Notes under the pieces: generated by a model
The model's database searches: none
Told to the model about the DNA's origin: nothing
What the model saw: only the letters and a program-made list of their open reading frames with translations
Assembly (NCBI GenBank): GCA_002269645.1
Contig: NIVC01001903.1
Coordinates: 12,546-76,545, forward strand
Origin: Macrostomum lignano
Lineage: Eukaryota
DNA: 64,000 nucleotides
Direction of reading: 5' to 3'
Shown here: in pieces, positions 60,846-64,000 of the stretch
Layout of the letters: every line of letters begins with the position of its first letter
How positions within the stretch are numbered: the first letter of the stretch is position 1
Position numbers and translations under genes: made by a program

Positions 60846-63800
60846 TTCTCTCCTCTCCTCTCCTCTCCTCTCCTCTCCTCTCCTCTCCTCTCCTCTCCTC
60901 TCCTCTCCTCTCCTCTCCTCTCCTCTCCTCTCCTCTCCTCTCCTCTCCTCTCTCTCTCCTCCTCCTCTCCTCTCCTCTCCTCTCCTCTCCTCTCGTCTCG
61001 ACTCATCTCCTCTCCTCTCCTCTCCTCTCCTCTCCTCTCCTCTCCTCTCCTCTCCTCTCCACTCCACTCCTCTCCTCTCCTCTCCTCTCCTCTCGTCTCG
61101 ACTCATCTCCTCTCCTCTCCTCTCCTCTCCTCTCCTCTCCTCTCCTCTCCTCTCCACTCCACTCCTCTCCTCTCCTCTCCTCTCCTCTCCTCTCCTCTCG
61201 ACTCATCTCCTCTCCTCTCCTCTCCTCTCCTCTCCTCTCCTCTCCTCTCCTCTCCTCTCCTCTCCTCTCCTCTCCTCTCTTCTCCTCTCCTCTCCTCTCC
61301 TCTCCTCTCCTCTCCTCTCTCTCCTCTCCTCTCCTCTCCTCTCCTCTCCTCTCCTCTCCTCTCCTCTCTTCTCCTCTCCTCTACTCTCCTCTCCTCTCCT
61401 CTCCTCTCCTCTCCTCTCCTCTCCTCTCCTCTCCTCTCCTCTCCTCTCCTCTCGACTCATCTCCTCTCCTCTCCTCTCCTCTCCTCTCCTCTCCTCTCCT
61501 CTCCTCTCCTCTCCTCTCCTCTCCTCTCCTCTCCTCTCTCTCTCCTCTCTCTCCTCTCTCCCTCCTCTCCTCTCCTCTCCTCTCCTCTCCTCTCCTCTCC
61601 TCTCCTCTCCTCTCCTCTCCTCTCCTCTCCTCTCCTCTCCTCTCCTCTCCTCTCCTCTCCTCTCCTCTCCTCTCCTCTCCACTCAACTCCTCTCCTCTCC
61701 TCTCCTCTCCTCTCCTCTCCTCGACTCATCTCCTCTCCTCTCCTCTCCTCTCTCTCCTCTCCTCTCCTCTCCTCTCCTCTCCTCTCCTCTCCTCTCTCCT
61801 CTCCTCTCCTCTACTCTCCTCTCTCTCCTCTCCTCTCCTCTCTCTCCTCTACTCTCCTCTCTCTCCTCTCCTCCTCTCTCTACCTCCTCTCCACTCTCCT
61901 CTCCTCTCTCTCCTCTCCTCTCCTCTCCTCTCCTCTCCTCTCCTCTCTCTCCTCTCTCTCTCCCTCTCTCTCCTCTCCCTCCTCTCCTCTCCTCTCCTCT
62001 CCTCTCCTCTCCTCTCTCTCTCTCCTCTCCTCTCCTCTCCTCTCCTCTCCTCTCCTCTCCTCTCCTCTCCTCTCCTCTCCACTCAACTCCTCTCCTCTCC
62101 TCTCCTCTCCTCCTCTCCTCTCGACTCATCTCCTCTCCTCTCCTCTCCTCTCTCTCTCCTCTCCTCTCCTCTCCTCTCCTCTCCTCTCCTCTCCTCTCCT
62201 CTCCTCTCTCCCTCTCCTCTACTCTCCTCTCCTCTCCTCTCACTCTCCTCTCCTCTCCTCTCTCTCCTCTCCTCTACTCTCCTCTCCTCTCCTCTCCTCT
62301 CCTCTCCTCTACTCCTCTCTCTCCTCTCTCTCCTCTTCTCTCCTCTCCTCTCCTCCTCTCCTCTCCTCTCCTCCTCTCTCCTCTCTCTTTCTTCTCCTCT
62401 CCTCTCCACTCCTCTCCTCTCCCTCCTCTTCTCTCCTCTCCTCTCCTCTCCTCTCCTCTCCTCTCCTCTCCTCTCCTCCCTCCTCCTCCTCTCCTCTCCT
62501 CTCCTCTCCTCCCTCCTCCTCCTCTCCTCCCTCCTCTCCTCTCCACTCCTCTCCTCTCCTCCTCCCCTCTCCTCTCCTCTCTCTCCTCCTCCTCTCCTCT
62601 CCTCCCTCCTCTCCTCTCCTCTCCTCCCTCTCCTCTCCTCTCTCTCCTCTCCTCTCCTCTCCTCTCCTCTCCTCCTCTCCTCTCCTCTCCTCTCCTCTCC
62701 TCTCCCTCCTCTCCTCTCCTGCTCCTCTCCTCTCCTCTCCTCTCCTCACTCTCTCTCTCCTCTCCTCTCCTCTCCCTCCTCTCCTCCTCTCTCCTCCCCT
62801 CTCCTCTCCTTTCTTCTCCTCTCCTCTCCACTCCTCTCCTCTCCTCTCCTCTCCTCTCCTCTCCTCTCCTCTCCTCTCCTCTCTCTCTCCTCCTCTCCAC
62901 TCCTCTCCTCTCCTCCTCTCTCCTCTCCTTTCTTCTCCTCTCCTCTCCTCTCCCTCCTCTCCTCTCCTCTCCTCTCCTCTCCTCCTCTCTCCTCCCGCCT
63001 CTCCTCTCCTTTCTTCTCCTCTCCTCTCCACTCCTCTCCTCTCCTCTCCTCTCCTCTCCTCTCCTCTCCTCTCCTCTCCTCTCCGCTCCACTCCTCTCCT
63101 CTCCTCCTCTCTCCTCTCCTTTCTTCTCCTCTCCTCTCCTCTCCTCTCTCTCCTCTCCTCTCCTCTCCTCTCCTCTCCTCCTCTCTCCTCCCCTCTCCTC
63201 TCCTCCTCTCTCCTCTCCTTTCTTCTCCTCTCCTCTCCTCTCCTCTCTCTCCTCTCCTCTCCTCTCCTCTCCTCTCCTCTCTCTCCCTCCTCCCCTCTCC
63301 TCCTCTCTCCTCTCTCTCCTCCCACTCCTCCTCTCTCCTCTCTCCCTCTCCTCCTCTCTCCTCCTCCTCCCTCTCCTCTCCTCTCCTCTCCTCTCCTCTC
63401 CTCTCCTCTCCTCTCCTCTCTCTCCTCTCCTCTCCTCTCTCTCTCCTCTCCTCTCCTCTCCCTCCTCTCCACTCCTCTCCTCTCCTCTCCTCTCCTCTCC
63501 TCTCCTCTCCTCTCCTCTCCTCTCCTCTCCTCTCCTCTCCTCTCCTCCTCCCTCCTCTCCTCTCCTCTCCTCTCCTCTCCTCTCCTCTCCTCTCCTCTCC
63601 TCTCCTCTCCTCTCCTCTCTCTCCTCTCCTCTCCTCTCCTCTCCTCTCTCCTCCTCTCCTCTCCTCCTCTCTCCTCTCCTCTCCTCTCCCTCTCCTCCTC
63701 TCTCTCCCCTCCTCTCCTCCTCCTCTCTCCTCTCCTTTCTTCTCCTCTCCTCTCCTCTCCTCTCCTCTCCTCTCCACTCCTCCTCTCTCCTCTCTCCCCT

Positions 63801-64000
63801 CCTCCTCCTCTCCTCTCTCTCCTCTCCTCTCTCTCCTCTCCTCTCCTCTCCTCTCCTCCCTCTCTCTCCTCTCCTTTCTTCTCCTCTCCTCTCCTCTCCT
63901 CTCCTCTCCTCTCCATCTCCTCTCCTCTCCTCTCCCTCTCCTCCTCCCTCCTCTCTCCTCCTCTCTCTCTCTCCTCTCCTCTCCTCTCCTCTCCTCTCCT
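60846..64000. repeat. Degenerate (CTCCT)n polypyrimidine/polypurine satellite over 3.1 kb, running off the window
   Basis: Direct reading. Confidence 0.97.

Noticed and set aside
60756-63916. Many long ERRG-repeat ORFs
   Set aside because: Stop-free translation of the (CTCCT)n satellite

Overview
Eukaryotic, intron- and repeat-rich animal DNA. GC-rich exons with poly-Ala/Gly runs, minisatellite-filled introns and the gene set suggest a lophotrochozoan, plausibly a Macrostomum-like flatworm (inference). Host genes: first coding exon of a GIPC-family gene (-); a tandem array of three intronless, divergent nAChR-like Cys-loop channel genes plus a truncated fourth copy (-); a TRIM2/3-like coiled-coil/filamin/NHL gene with no visible RING or B-box (-); a divergent parkin (+); DZANK1 (+); WDR17 (-). 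Mobile DNA: a Ty3/Gypsy element with a G-GGA-AAC -1 frameshift signal, cut by the left window edge; a young intact Mag-type Gypsy inside DZANK1; several solo or truncated LTRs; hAT-type MITEs; a foldback Mutator-like element; tRNA-derived SINEs; and a restriction-like-endonuclease LINE fragment. Best leads: the receptor array lacking the acetylcholine-binding site (candidate chemosensory channels), a parkin that has lost its phospho-Ubl pocket and REP tryptophan, the RING/B-box-less TRIM-NHL, MEF2+AP-1/CRE modules shared across LTRs, and LTR insertions sitting inside tandem repeats. Four single-base frameshifts in short homopolymers look like assembly errors. All homology calls and human/Torpedo residue numbers come from recalled sequences, not from database searches.
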